Source: Stramenopiles sp. TOSAG23-6 (lineage: Eukaryota). Taken from it: DNA of 43,173 nt. Each line of letters begins with the position of its first letter. Within the stretch, counting starts at the first letter, position 1. The DNA is taken from the NCBI GenBank assembly GCA_900128565.1, contig LT635933.1, forward strand, positions 1-43,173, given 5' to 3'. The translations under genes and the position numbers were made by a program. Shown here one piece after another: positions 20,394-33,066 of the stretch. The notes beneath the pieces were generated by a model. It had not been told where the DNA came from. It was given only the letters and a program-made list of their open reading frames with translations, and searched no databases.

Positions 20394-20677
20394 TTGGCTT
20401 GATTGACATCAATTCTATCTGCTTTGGGAAGATTATCGAATTGCTATATTAAATTACAGCCTAACTACTTCATATTATATTCATCTTTTGAAATCTCAAA
20501 TCGTAATTCATCTGAAACTTTGTGAAACGATTTATAAAAAAAAACGTGGCAATATTGATATATATGTGAACACATTACCGTCCACATTACCTAACGAATT
20601 AAAAAAAAAATGTGAATTGAATTTCCAAGCTAGCGCTAGAATATTTTTATTTTTGAATTTTTATTTTTGAATCAACA

Positions 20678-21468
20678 TTACTGTTGAATATCAGCAACAC
20701 GACCATCTCCTCTGTTCCATTTTTTAATAATTACATTTAGACGCCGAATTGAAACATTTGAAACAGAATCCTCACTATTTTTCGTGTTTTCACTATTTTT
20801 CGTGTTTTTTCGTACTCCACATAAATCAAATTCACGTAACGCTGCGCGAGCAATGACACGTGGCATAGTGGATAATAACTGAAAATTCATTTCATCAACA
20901 TCTTTGCCATGTAATCCCTTACCCCTTTTGCCACGTGGCATTGCTAAAACTGATATGATGTCATTTGCAACATCTTCTTTGCACCGATTTAATTTTTTGT
21001 CTGTACTTAATTTTGTAGTTAATTGTATACTTGATGAATTTTGTGTACACTTTTCTTGAGTAGGGTTAGGGTTTTCTTGAGTAGGGTTAGGGTTTTCTTT
21101 TTTTTCAAACATTTCAGAATTTGTTAGGGTTAGGGTTTTTGAATTTGAGTGATCTGAATTTCTGTCATGACAAACTAAAGTCTCAGCTACGGCATTTGCG
21201 ATATGTAGCATTTTTTGTTTTTTTACATCTTTTTGATTTTGTAATTCTTTTTTATTCATCAATTTTGAAACTTTGACAGGCCACATGTATTTTTGAAAAA
21301 TATTTCAAAATTTACCAAAAAAAAAAAAATTGTTAGGTACAAATTTTCGTATGAAAAAAAATTGTTAGGTACAAATTTTCGTATGAAAAAAAATAAAACA
21401 TATATTTTTAATTTTTGTTGTTTTTGCCGTTGTCGATGACTCGATAGAAACTTATTTCGTGTTAATGG
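20678..21468 (-). CDS. 3' part of a hypothetical gene, 5' end lost at the fold-back; exons 21468..21404 and 21284..20678
   Basis: 65-nt mini-exon (only open frame PLTRNKFLSSHRQRQKQQKLKM) joins the 202-aa ORF in frame. Confidence 0.65.
21053..21096. repeat. 21-bp tandem duplication encoding ENPNPTQ x2, containing TTAGGG-like units
   Basis: ttcttgagtagggttagggtt repeated twice. Confidence 0.85.
21285..21403 (-). mobile_element. Family intron with ATATGT in place of GTATGT and duplicated branch module (AT|ATATGTTT...AAAATACAT|), 119 nt
   Basis: CATACGAAAATTTGTACCTAACAA occurs twice in tandem; TAC-AT end; 5' boundary ambiguous. Confidence 0.7.
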
Positions 21469-21559
21469 ATGTGTTGTGAAGAAATTTCAAAAAAAAAAAA
21501 AAAGTTAGTTACAAAATGTAGTACGAAAACCTAAAAACGTTTTTTTTTTTTTTTTTTTT
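21469..21559 (-). mobile_element. 3' half of another family intron, cut by the palindrome centre (...TGTAACTAAC-Tn-...TTCACAACACAT|)
   Basis: TTTCGTAC, GTAACTAAC and CACAA-CAC-AT match the family 3' end. Confidence 0.65.
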
Positions 21560-21575
21560 TTTTTTTTTGGGGTGG

Positions 21576-21614
<39 letters not shown>
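21560..21614. other. Non-palindromic low-complexity spacer T9-GGGGTGGGG-T37
   Basis: Read directly; the only part of the window without a mirror partner. Confidence 0.9.
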
Positions 21615-21634
<20 letters not shown>

Positions 21635-21705
21635 CGTTTTTAGGTTTTCGTACTACATTTTGTAACTAACTTTTTTTTTTTTTTTGAAATTTCTTCACAA
21701 CACAT

Positions 21706-22496
21706 CCATTAACACGAAATAAGTTTCTATCGAGTCATCGACAACGGCAAAAACAACAAAAATTAAAAATATATGTTTTATTTTTTTTCATACGAAAATT
21801 TGTACCTAACAATTTTTTTTCATACGAAAATTTGTACCTAACAATTTTTTTTTTTTTGGTAAATTTTGAAATATTTTTCAAAAATACATGTGGCCTGTCA
21901 AAGTTTCAAAATTGATGAATAAAAAAGAATTACAAAATCAAAAAGATGTAAAAAAACAAAAAATGCTACATATCGCAAATGCCGTAGCTGAGACTTTAGT
22001 TTGTCATGACAGAAATTCAGATCACTCAAATTCAAAAACCCTAACCCTAACAAATTCTGAAATGTTTGAAAAAAAAGAAAACCCTAACCCTACTCAAGAA
22101 AACCCTAACCCTACTCAAGAAAAGTGTACACAAAATTCATCAAGTATACAATTAACTACAAAATTAAGTACAGACAAAAAATTAAATCGGTGCAAAGAAG
22201 ATGTTGCAAATGACATCATATCAGTTTTAGCAATGCCACGTGGCAAAAGGGGTAAGGGATTACATGGCAAAGATGTTGATGAAATGAATTTTCAGTTATT
22301 ATCCACTATGCCACGTGTCATTGCTCGCGCAGCGTTACGTGAATTTGATTTATGTGGAGTACGAAAAAACACGAAAAATAGTGAAAACACGAAAAATAGT
22401 GAGGATTCTGTTTCAAATGTTTCAATTCGGCGTCTAAATGTAATTATTAAAAAATGGAACAGAGGAGATGGTCGTGTTGCTGATATTCAACAGTAA
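21706..22496 (+). CDS. Mirror copy of partial hypothetical gene (intron 21771..21889)
   Basis: Reverse complement of 20678..21468. Confidence 0.62.
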
Positions 22497-22780
22497 TGTT
22501 GATTCAAAAATAAAAATTCAAAAATAAAAATATTCTAGCGCTAGCTTGGAAATTCAATTCACATTTTTTTTTTAATTCGTTAGGTAATGTGGACGGTAAT
22601 GTGTTCACATATATATCAATATTGCCACGTTTTTTTTTATAAATCGTTTCACAAAGTTTCAGATGAATTACGATTTGAGATTTCAAAAGATGAATATAAT
22701 ATGAAGTAGTTAGGCTGTAATTTAATATAGCAATTCGATAATCTTCCCAAAGCAGATAGAATTGATGTCAATCAAGCCAA

Positions 22781-24124
22781 TCAATGCGGAGCTTCCGGGC
22801 CGTATAATGCATCATACAAGGGTCCATTCTGTGAAACAATCATCAATGGGGTATATCCGGTCCATGGTCCACTTGTCACAGCCTGATTGACATCAGCACC
22901 AGCAGCAATTAGTTGTTGAGCTACTCCAACATGACCTTTCAATAAAGCAATCATCAATAGGGTATCTCCATCTTCATCAGTCGTGTTGACATCAATTTTA
23001 TCTGCTTTGAGAAGTTCTTCAACTACTTTTTCATGACCATTCTTTGAAGCAATAAGCAATGGGGTATCTCCTTCTTCATCACCCGTGTTGACATCAGCAC
23101 CATTATCAAGAAGTAGTCGAACCACTGCTGCATGACCTTCATGTGAAGCAAGATACAATGGGGTAATGTTGTCTTCAACAGCCTGATTGACATTAGCACC
23201 ATGATCAATAAGTTGTTCAACTACTCTAACATGACCCTTCAGTGAAGCAATAATCAATGGGGTATAACCGTACATATCACCATTGGTCTGATTGACATCA
23301 GCACCAACACCGGTAAGCTTTGCAACAACTTCTGCATGACCCTCGCATGATGCAATATACAATGGAGTTTCGAAATTTCCGTCAAGTTCATCAATATCAG
23401 CGCCAATCGCCAGCAAAACGTCAATCATTGTTGTATTATTAGTTCTTACAGCTTTATGAAGTGGATGAGTACCCTCTTGTGCTTTACTATGGTCTGCATT
23501 TGAATTAGCATACCACTTAAAAACGTTTGTTTTGTCTTTAACAACAACAAATGGAGGTGTTAACTCCAAGCTATGCTCTGTGACATATTCAGTAAAGATT
23601 GTGTTCTTTTCCTCCACTGACAGTTGTTTCCATTTCTCAGCTTTTGCTTTCTTCTCCAAGTGTTTTGACATTTCAACAGCTAGTGCTTCATCAGCAGGAT
23701 TGCGAGCATTTATTGAATTTTCCAAAGCTCGTATAAGTTGTCCACCAGATTTTGGGAGAAAATCCAAGACAGTTTCCAATGGTTGTGAAGGATTCACACC
23801 TGAAGCAACTTCAACAACGTTATTCCTAGCTTGACTCGACCAAGGATTATGCGAAAACTGAAGGATTCGATGCGCAAGTTGGGTAAAAATTGTGTCATAT
23901 TCTGGGAAATCCCGTAAGACGCGTGCAAAAGCAAAGCGTCGACGAGCCATTAAAACATGGTAATTCGTGTTCCTGTCCTCAAATTGTAGCGCAAGGCTTT
24001 CCCATCTTGATAGAACCTTTTGTTCCACTGAAACGTGTCCCAAATTACGACCTTCCAAGGAAGGAGTCATTGCAGCGTGTGACACGTCTGATGCAATCAA
24101 GCTTAATAGTATAAACCACTTCAT
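22781..24124 (-). CDS. Mirror copy of ankyrin-repeat protein
   Basis: Same translation as 19050..20393. Confidence 0.88.
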   Translation of the reverse strand: MKWFILLSLIASDVSHAAMTPSLEGRNLGHVSVEQKVLSRWESLALQFEDRNTNYHVLMARRRFAFARVLRDFPEYDTIFTQLAHRILQFSHNPWSSQARNNVVEVASGVNPSQPLETVLDFLPKSGGQLIRALENSINARNPADEALAVEMSKHLEKKAKAEKWKQLSVEEKNTIFTEYVTEHSLELTPPFVVVKDKTNVFKWYANSNADHSKAQEGTHPLHKAVRTNNTTMIDVLLAIGADIDELDGNFETPLYIASCEGHAEVVAKLTGVGADVNQTNGDMYGYTPLIIASLKGHVRVVEQLIDHGANVNQAVEDNITPLYLASHEGHAAVVRLLLDNGADVNTGDEEGDTPLLIASKNGHEKVVEELLKADKIDVNTTDEDGDTLLMIALLKGHVGVAQQLIAAGADVNQAVTSGPWTGYTPLMIVSQNGPLYDALYGPEAPH

Positions 24125-24362
24125 TGTTTTTGAAATCTTTCGGAGTTTGTTACCCGTTATCTATATCTTGATTACGCTAGCAGGCGAGCTGTTTGCGCCA
24201 AAGTACAGTGCAGCCCTGGATATTTGCACCAAGGTAATAGAATAGAATTTTATTACCTACGTAGTACGTAGGCCTTGGTTGCACTGACTCTCTCTCGGGA
24301 GGATAATTTTAAAGGTCGTTTAAAAAAAACAAAAAAATATTTTTTTTTTTTAATTTTTTTTT

Positions 24363-25843
24363 TTATGAAATGATACAATTACCTAATATCTCTGATCCAA
24401 TATTTGCTGCATCTCCAACATCAATATCTTTAAAACAATCATTTTCTTGACAAGCTCTCTTTAGCATGGTATAACTTTCCGTACCAAAATCATTAGATTT
24501 AAAATTTATACCTGTAATCGATTTTGTTTCTTTGATCATGTATTGTGAAATTTTTTTTTTTTTTACCGAAAAAAAAAAAATTCGTTAGGTACAAATTTTC
24601 GTACGAAAAAAAAATTCGATTTTTTTGTAAAAAAAAAAATAAAACATACATGTTTTTTGTAGTTTTCATTGAGTTGTTTTTGTTCCTTTTTTCATTTACT
24701 TTATTTTTTGTATTATTCCGTTTATTAGGGTTAGGGTTCGAAAGGTTCCAAATAACTTCATCTTTTCGAAGAAATCTTTCAAGCACGTATTTTTTAGAAG
24801 CTTTGAAAGATGATAAATTCGTAGGCATTGGTTCATCATTCATGGCAAAATATAATTCATTTTTCTCAGCAACATTTCGTGATATTTTTATATTCTTTTT
24901 CATAGATGTCAAATCTTCTGTAGTATCAATATTTCGTGATATTTTTTCATTCAAACGTTTTTCATTCAAATTTTTTTCATAATAAACATTTAATTGAAGA
25001 ATGAGCTCATCAAATGTCGACCAAGATACATCATCACCCATTCGCTTTAGTGATCTTCCAGCTAGTGTTGTAGAACTACTTGTAGGCACTCTCTCTTTTT
25101 CTGTCATTGACCAGTTATGAGCATATATTGTGAAAATATTTTTTTTTTTTTACCGAAAAAAAAAAATCGTTAGGTACAAAATTTCGTATGAAAAAAAAAT
25201 AAATTTGAAATTCGAAATTGAAAACGTACATATCTCCGTGTAACATCAAAAAGAATATTATTTTTCTCAATAGCAGCTACATATACTAATGGCATATGCT
25301 TCCCTTTACACTTAATAGAATCCGAAGAAGTATAATTTTTCATATTTTTATCCTGTCGCGAATATGTATATGAAGCTCCATGACTCATTGACAATATATG
25401 GTGAAAAAATATTTTTTTTTTTTTTTTTTCGTAAAAAAAAAAAAAAAAAAATTGTAAGTACAAAAATTTGGTACAAAAAAGAAAAATAAAGTACACAATT
25501 CAATTTTGGACACGTACATAATCGTTCGGGACTTTTTACATCTTCTAGTTTCCCTCGTAGAGGATCTACACAATACCATTTTTCAGGTATAATATTTGTT
25601 ATAGAATTTGGTACGGAATCAATATCCAAAATATTTGGAGATGTTGAGGATGAACTATTTGTATCATATTTCGTGTTTGTCTCAGGAGTAGGGTTAGAGA
25701 TTAGTGTTTCATTTATATCATGTTTAATAGAACACCATACTTCTGACCAACAATCAGTCGGTAGTGACATTTGGTCTAATCGAACTCCATCGCCTACAAT
25801 CCTCCGACCTACATTGTGGAAAAATATATATATATTTTTTTTT

Positions 25844-25881
<38 letters not shown>

Positions 25882-26768
25882 TACTAAAAAAAAAAAAAAA
25901 TTCCATACTAAAAAAAGTAGGTATCACATTTTGTAGAAAAAAACATACCTTCTTCACGTATTCTTTGAAGATGCCATTCACTACTTTGACGCTTTTTCAT
26001 CATTTTACCAGCACTATGTCCTAAAGAAGAAATCATTCCAGTACTCAATGCCGATGATAAATTATCATGAGCTTTTTTTGTTTCTCGCTTTCGTTTGCCT
26101 CTCTTTTTCTTCAACTCTTTTTTCCGCCAGTGCAAGGGATCAAATCTACGGACGTAACGAGCAGGAAACCTTAACGATCGACAAAGAGATACCCATATTT
26201 GAAGCAATTCTTCCGGATAACCTCGTCTATTTGCAATAACATGAAGCAAACGTGCTCTTGCATCAGCTCCCCAACATGCATTACCTATTGCTAGTGGTCG
26301 ACCTGGGACTTCAACGTGTTTAAAGAAAGTTGTAAACCATTCAAACATAACACGCAGGGATAATATTGATGTGACCTTATCATCAGAATTTTCCATCAAC
26401 GAATTTGATAGCTTGGGACGTATTTCCGTTGGAAGAGTTGAAAGTACCGCAGCTTGAACCATGACATCATCACATACCTCATTCACACGTACAAGATGAG
26501 CAGTAAGACATATAATATGGGCTTTATGGACTTCAACAGAATGAAATGCCTTCTTTAATGCCTTACGTTTTGACTTTTCATTTTCCCTCTTTGCCGCCGC
26601 AATGTTACCAGCGCCCTCTTCCCAACCATCATCTTCGCACTCTACTTTGTTTGATACATGCACGTTCTGGTCAGTGAAGGGATCAACGAACTCGTCTCCA
26701 ACTGCACCTTTTATACTTTCTTCCTGACTATCACAACTAGCACCATCTTCCCAACCATCATCACTCAT
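24363..26768 (-). CDS. XPC: Mirror copy of truncated XPC/Rad4 (introns 25809..25948, 25394..25517, 25123..25229, 24538..24649)
   Basis: Reverse complement of 16406..18811. Confidence 0.83.
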
Positions 26769-27254
26769 GATAAAAGAACACCTTATATGCAAGAAAACTC
26801 AATAAACATGTTTCATTGAACCTTTCATATTCATTTCCACGGACCTTTCTATGGTTTGCAACCTTCTAGTAAAATAAAAATATTTAATATTAATATTCCA
26901 AGTCAAAAATGACCGGCGGCCAAAAATGATTTTTTTTTTGTCGAACCAAAAAACCAAATCGATATTATAGCTAATTAATAGTAGCTACGTAATATTGTAA
27001 CTGTCAATCAGCGCGACTTAGAATTCACTGTAGAACTACACAAGTGTGGGACAATAGGTACTAGTATTATCAATAATACTCCCATAGTAGGCTTGTACGG
27101 TACATAGTCTAATTCCTGAGTGTTAGTTATCATTGAAATTATAGAAAAAGTTATGTTTCAAACAAATATATAATATGTTGACATCAGTATTGAAAAATGC
27201 TCTTCAATAGGATAGGTATTTTTTTAGTTTCTTTCTTCTAGGTTCATACAAGCA

Positions 27255-30200
27255 ATGTTAGCAGCTAGAAAACTTCAGGAGTTTCAAAAGAAACAGTCAA
27301 GGAAGCTCCCACCAGTTTCAATACCCCAGAAGCCACCCCGACCACCTCGGGCTAAATGGACTCCTTATTTATTCTTTGTTCATTCTAACAGAGCACGTAT
27401 TTGTGAGGAAAATCCAAATGTAGGAAAAAAAGAAATAGCTAAATTAGTATCGACTGCATGGACTTTACTTTCTGAAATGGATCGTAGGAAATATACTCTC
27501 CAAGCAAAGGAAGATGCTGCGAGGTACTTGTACGAACAAGAAATTTTTGCCAAACAGTTGTCTGAATATTGTGATAAATATGATCATATTCGTGATAATA
27601 GAGTCGATGTGACGAACCAAATAGAGCATAGTTCAGATTTATCGACGCCTCTTGAGCGTTTGGGAGGGAAATCCCCACGGATTCGACTAGAGTCTTTAAA
27701 ACTTTCTCCTTTAGATACACTTAAACCGAAAGGAGTGATTACAACCCTACCATTTAACGAAAGTAGTATTGATATTGAAAAACATCGAAAACACCAAAAG
27801 ATTGTAAAGCCTCATTTAAAAGCTGTTTCTTCGCCAAGGGTACATTCTAGAATAAAAAAACAAAAAAGACAAAAAGTGCGAAAACCTCTAAAAAAACAAA
27901 AGAGCTCAACAATTTCTCAAAACCAAACTGTAGCTTTAGTACATCAAACGATATATGCAAAACAGGATCAAAAAGAAAAACATAATGTAAAAAAGGGTCA
28001 AGAAATAAATTCTCAGAAAATACATAAATTTGATTGTTCTACGAATCAAACAAGAGATGATAATAAAATTACGTTTTCAACTAATCATGAAAGTGATGAA
28101 GAGTGCAAAAGTTATGCTTCAGATGCTAGTAGCGATGATAGTTATATGTCTGCTGGGGGCTTAGCTTGTGATGGACCAGTACCTTATAAAAAAATTAAAA
28201 TAAGAAAAAATAATGCACCACTTCTTAGTGTTGAATTAATTACCAAAAACAAATCATTTTTAGATTGTGCTACCGGCCAATTGATGGTAAAAATGAGCAA
28301 TTCAATGCAATTTGTGGAACCAAGAAAAAACATTGTAAAACCAAAGATTGATCCTCTTGAAATTGGCGGTGGTATTTTGACACGATCTTGTCTTGTAACA
28401 GATGTACGTTTTTATCACCAATTTCAAAAAACAAATTGTACCAAATTTTGTACCTAACGATTTTTTTTTAATTTCAACAAAAAAAAAAATATTTTTTCAC
28501 GATATATGAACGACCTTTAATGCCAATGCATCGGAAGGATTATCATTATGGTTCTATAAAAGGAATGCCACCAAAAGAATTTCGTGAAATTCTGCGTAAT
28601 AGATATCGCGAGGAATCAGATTCTCTTCAATTACTAGACTTTTCTTATTTTGAAGAAAAGAAAAACCGCGAAATGATGTTTATGGAAGATGCAACGAAGG
28701 AACGTAATCGAAGACGTATGTGGGTTCGTGGGGTTCCCGTAAATAAAGTATTCTTTGAGCGAGGTTGCTTTTCCATTGCAGGAACGACACATATCGTGTC
28801 AGTGTTTGGAGTAGGTATGGATGGAAGAGTCTACACAGCTGGTTCTGATGGTCCGAAGTTCATTCAAATAGAAGCATATGATGCGACAGATTGTGGTTTA
28901 TATAAATTGGAAGTAAACATGCGAATGCTTCCATCGCTATTAGGGAAAGAGTCTCAACATTTGCTTCGACCTGGGCATAAACGTGAAGTGATTTCCCGAA
29001 TGATGAAATTGGTGTATTTTATTTTTCCAAATGAAAGATTTGATCCTATTGGGGCATTAGATTTATTCGCCTTGCGATTTAGGAACCCAAGTCTAGATGA
29101 TGACTGGATATCATATGATGAAAGATTGCGCGTGTATGGTGTAGAATCTACTACAGGTCTTCCGCCAAGTGCTACAGTTGCCTCAGGTGGATCTCCATCA
29201 TTAATTAGTCAAGCAGGAGCATCGAGATACACTGGCGCATTCTCTGGCAAAAGTGAAGCAATGCCAAACAAAACACTAAATAAACGTGCAGGGAGGTGGA
29301 GTGATGGTGAGTGGGTTCATGGTAGCAAAACTATGGAAAACATACACAAATCAAAACCTTATAAAAATATATCTCGTATGATTCGTCCAGAAAGTAGACA
29401 ACTCGATACTTCTGGATTTTCGCGAATTTCGAGGCCAAAGACAGAGCATATGAAAACAAGTAGCTCGCCAGCAGTGGATATTTCATCGATTAATTTATCC
29501 GCAAATGAAGAAAGACTTCAGGATTTTAAGGAACGTTTCAATGCAAAACGCGCCACAACAGCACCATTTGTTCGAGCAATGCAAACTAATGTACGAAGTA
29601 AAAAAGAAATATATAATGATGTGTCACATTGCAAAACAAGAGAATCATCGAGATGGAAAAACCGGCCACTTACAAGGTACAGTGGTATGACTTTATTAGA
29701 GGCTATAGTTGCAAAAAAACAAAGTGAAGCATCTTTAGCGCGGTCTAAACTGCGCGCCAAGCTTCGACGGAAGAGAGAGAGACGCATTCGTCGTATAAAA
29801 CGGAAACAATATCGCGTTGAAAAGGAATCAAAAATTGCTATCAAAAAGCTAAAGGAAAGGGGGAATTATGCAAAAGAATTTCAAGATCGGATAAAATTAA
29901 AACGCCAAGCTGAAAAAGACGGCAAACCATGGCCACCAAAAGGTCAAAAGACTATAGAAGAAAAATTTCGTCTTTTACAAGAAAAGAAAAATCGTCGACA
30001 TGAAAAAAGGAAAAAGGAGAAGTTGCGTGGAATTCAAGCATGGAGGCGATTGAAGTCAGGTTTTTCAAGTAAGGAAACGACAAACGAAAATAATCACAAT
30101 GAAGAATCATCAATTCGAGATAATGATTACGAATATGTCAATTCAAAGGATGTACCAGTGGGAATAGGATGGGAACTTGCACCTTTGCAACCTAAATTTG

Positions 30201-32758
30201 AGAATGATAGTGATTCTTCTTCATCCGAAAATTCAAGTTGCTTATCCGACTCGGATATTTCAAGTTCAAGCTCATCAATGGGTTCATTGAGTTTTGATTC
30301 ACAGACTACTGAATGTTCTGGGAGTGAAGATTCTGATGGCGAAAGACCTTTACCAACAAACATGGCTATACAGTTGCATCATATGGTAAATTTTTTTAAT
30401 GGTGGTGGAGTTTATCCCTTGAAAGGTAAGAAAGAAGAGGAAGATATATTTAAAGAGTTAGAGTTTCGATTAGAATTAAAAGCACCTAAAGAATGTGGCA
30501 GATTAGACTTGGTTGTACAAGAAACCGGTAAACAACTACGAATTCAACAAATATTTGAAGCTCTAGATCAAGATAAGGATGGCATTATTAACTGGACAGA
30601 ATGGAATGCATTAATTCCTCGAAAGCGGTTAGGAATAAGTCCAGGTATTAAAGCATTAGGGGTTGAAGAAACAATTGCAAATGCTCGTTTAAAAGCTAAA
30701 AAACTCAAGAAAGAAATAGATGACTATAACAGAGAAGTTTTATCTAATACCACATTTGATTTGACTGATGAATGGTTAAAGAAACAACATGAAATGCAAC
30801 AGGACCTTTGCGTGAAAGATAAAGTAAGTGAACCTGTAACAATAGAAAGTACTTTGATGAAAACAGAAATAGACAATATTGATGAAGCTAAAGAGAAAAC
30901 AAAAGACATTAATGTCCTTGAGAAATCATCTGATAGTGATTACATCATTCAAAGTTCAAGTACCAATGTAGAGCAGAAAGAATCCAAAGAAGTACAAGGC
31001 ACATGTAAATGTAGACCGATGTGTATGGCACCAAGTGGACTCAAATTGAGCAAAGTAAGCACACCAAAACAAGACAACGATGGAATTTTAAATGATGCTC
31101 CGAGATGGAAAGCAGTTCTACCTTGGGAGATGAGTAAAGTTGATCGACTATATCAGAGATCTAATGCAAAGCGCAATCGTGAGTTGATATACAGAATAAC
31201 ACGTAAAATGACACATTGGCATGATATATACATAATATATGTGTTCAAATATATTCGGTATGGAAAATGTTTCTATGTTCGTGTATATAACACAAAGAAT
31301 TCTGAGCAGTACAACTGTGCAATTTCATTCCGTTTTGCTGAAGAAACATTTCATTTACCCAAAGACGATGATTCAAAATATAGTGACACACAATGGTTAC
31401 TTTCAGTGGCACGCATGTTAGCTAAAAAGGTAACACTTGAGCAAAACTTTTCAGTATCTCTTGGATCGTTTATGAGAATTTGTATTGGAACAAAACGTGG
31501 TTTACCTGGTGCACCACTTCGATCAGGAGATTCAGCTATTCTTTCATATGTAGATTCACCACCGCCACGTTATAATAAAAGCACATGGAAACCCTGCAAA
31601 AGATTACGAAACATTTTACTGGCTGATCGTTTTGAAAAGTTGTCTGGATCCCCTTTACGAAATAATAAGGTAGCTCATGGCATTGGTAAAATATTTACAT
31701 ATCATAAAATGAGAGTGATTTATGATGTATTTTCAATGCCAGCACAAAACAACATGTATAGTATCGATGAAGCAAGTAATACTGCAAACACTAAAATTGC
31801 TGATTTTGAAAAATCATTGATTTTAATACGGTTATACATGCCCCGTTCATGTAAAGTGTTCGAATTCACAGTCGATCTCAATGAAATTCGCGTGCATCTC
31901 CTCGATGATACACGACTTGCATTTAATCATCCTTTGTCCTTTTTGTTTCCTACAGAAAATAAAAAAGACAGAAAATTATTTGAAGACTTCATGGATCGAC
32001 TTTTGGGGCGTGAATTATCGCTATGTACACTTGGCAATGAAAACTTTGAACGAGGTGACGGTTTAATTCAAATGCCAAAGAGGATTCTTAAATTTGTGTA
32101 TCGTGTACCTATAGTGAAGAATTCGAAAGATTTGACTGATCAAGATTTAGCAGATATGTATACCGCAATGGAAGAAAATATTAGTTCATCAGAAGAAGAA
32201 ACTATAGATGTCGATGGTTTTTTTGATATGGATGAAATAATGGGTGGTGATAATGAAGCAGCTAATATTTTAAAAAATGCTCCTATCGCTGAGCGTCCAG
32301 ATTCTGCATTACGCGAGGAGGAACGAAGGAAAAAAATAGATGAAGAGAAAAGAATCAAAAAAGAAAAAAAACGTGCTGAATTTGAAGAGCGCAGGAAAAA
32401 GAAACTCCAGGAAAGACGAATACAAATGGGACGTTGTCAAGATGATGAAGATTCGGATGATGACGAAGAAGAGGCAACAAGTCAATTGTTGTGTGTTACT
32501 GTTGACATTAGAGGCACCGAAATTAGCATTAAAGGATATGACCCAAGACCTAATAAACGTATTTTCTATGATACAATATTACCCGAAATGTACAAAGAAG
32601 AATTATTTCGTGAAATAAATACGTGTAAAGCTACACCAACATCAAGGGATAAAATTATTATTGATTATATTCAAGATACATTGGTGTTAGAGCAGCAAGG
32701 GAAGGCAGATGAATATTTATGGAAAGTAAAGGAAAAAGGAGAAGGCATTCTTGATTAA
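27255..32758 (+). CDS. Mirror copy of HMG-box/EF-hand protein (intron 28404..28507)
   Basis: Reverse complement of 10416..15919. Confidence 0.83.
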
Positions 32759-33066
32759 GTGAGAATAATATAATAAAGAATAAAGTCAATTTTTTTAATG
32801 TAATGATATTGTACTTTTGTACTAATAATTAACTAGAAAATTATCGCTTGTTGTAGCAATCTCATCATTCATCGGCTTACGTAGGGTTAGGGCTCTAGTA
32901 TTCAACGATTTTTTCGATTTTTTTCGTGTTTTTTTAGGAAAATGACACGTGGGCACGTGTGCTGCTGATACGACTTATTTATAGTATTACAACGACGACG
33001 GATTCGGAGTTTACCTACAAAATATAGCCGAATAGAGCATTGAATTCAGTAATATTACATTGTTTC

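Larger units (their letters stand above)
1..21559. repeat. Left arm of window-wide inverted repeat
   Basis: All ORFs recur on the opposite strand at 43174-i; N bases at 54, 8930, 8936, 8947, 8956 mirror 43120, 34244, 34238, 34227, 34218. Confidence 0.98.

Noticed and set aside
20488-20670. 60-aa TTG-initiated ORF
   Set aside because: Non-ATG start, AT-rich intergenic composition, no recognisable motif.
181-21403. CRISPR array or bacterial REP/terminator reading of the repeats
   Set aside because: Dispersed, intragenic and irregularly spaced in a eukaryotic gene set; no cas genes.
1-21559. Alternative genetic code or programmed frameshifting
   Set aside because: Long ORFs read normally in the standard code; the breaks are about 100-nt inserts, not single stops or slips.
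21560-21614. Telomere or functional G-rich hairpin end at the centre
   Set aside because: Only GGGGTGGGG within poly-T, no telomeric array; looks like low-quality sequence after a homopolymer.
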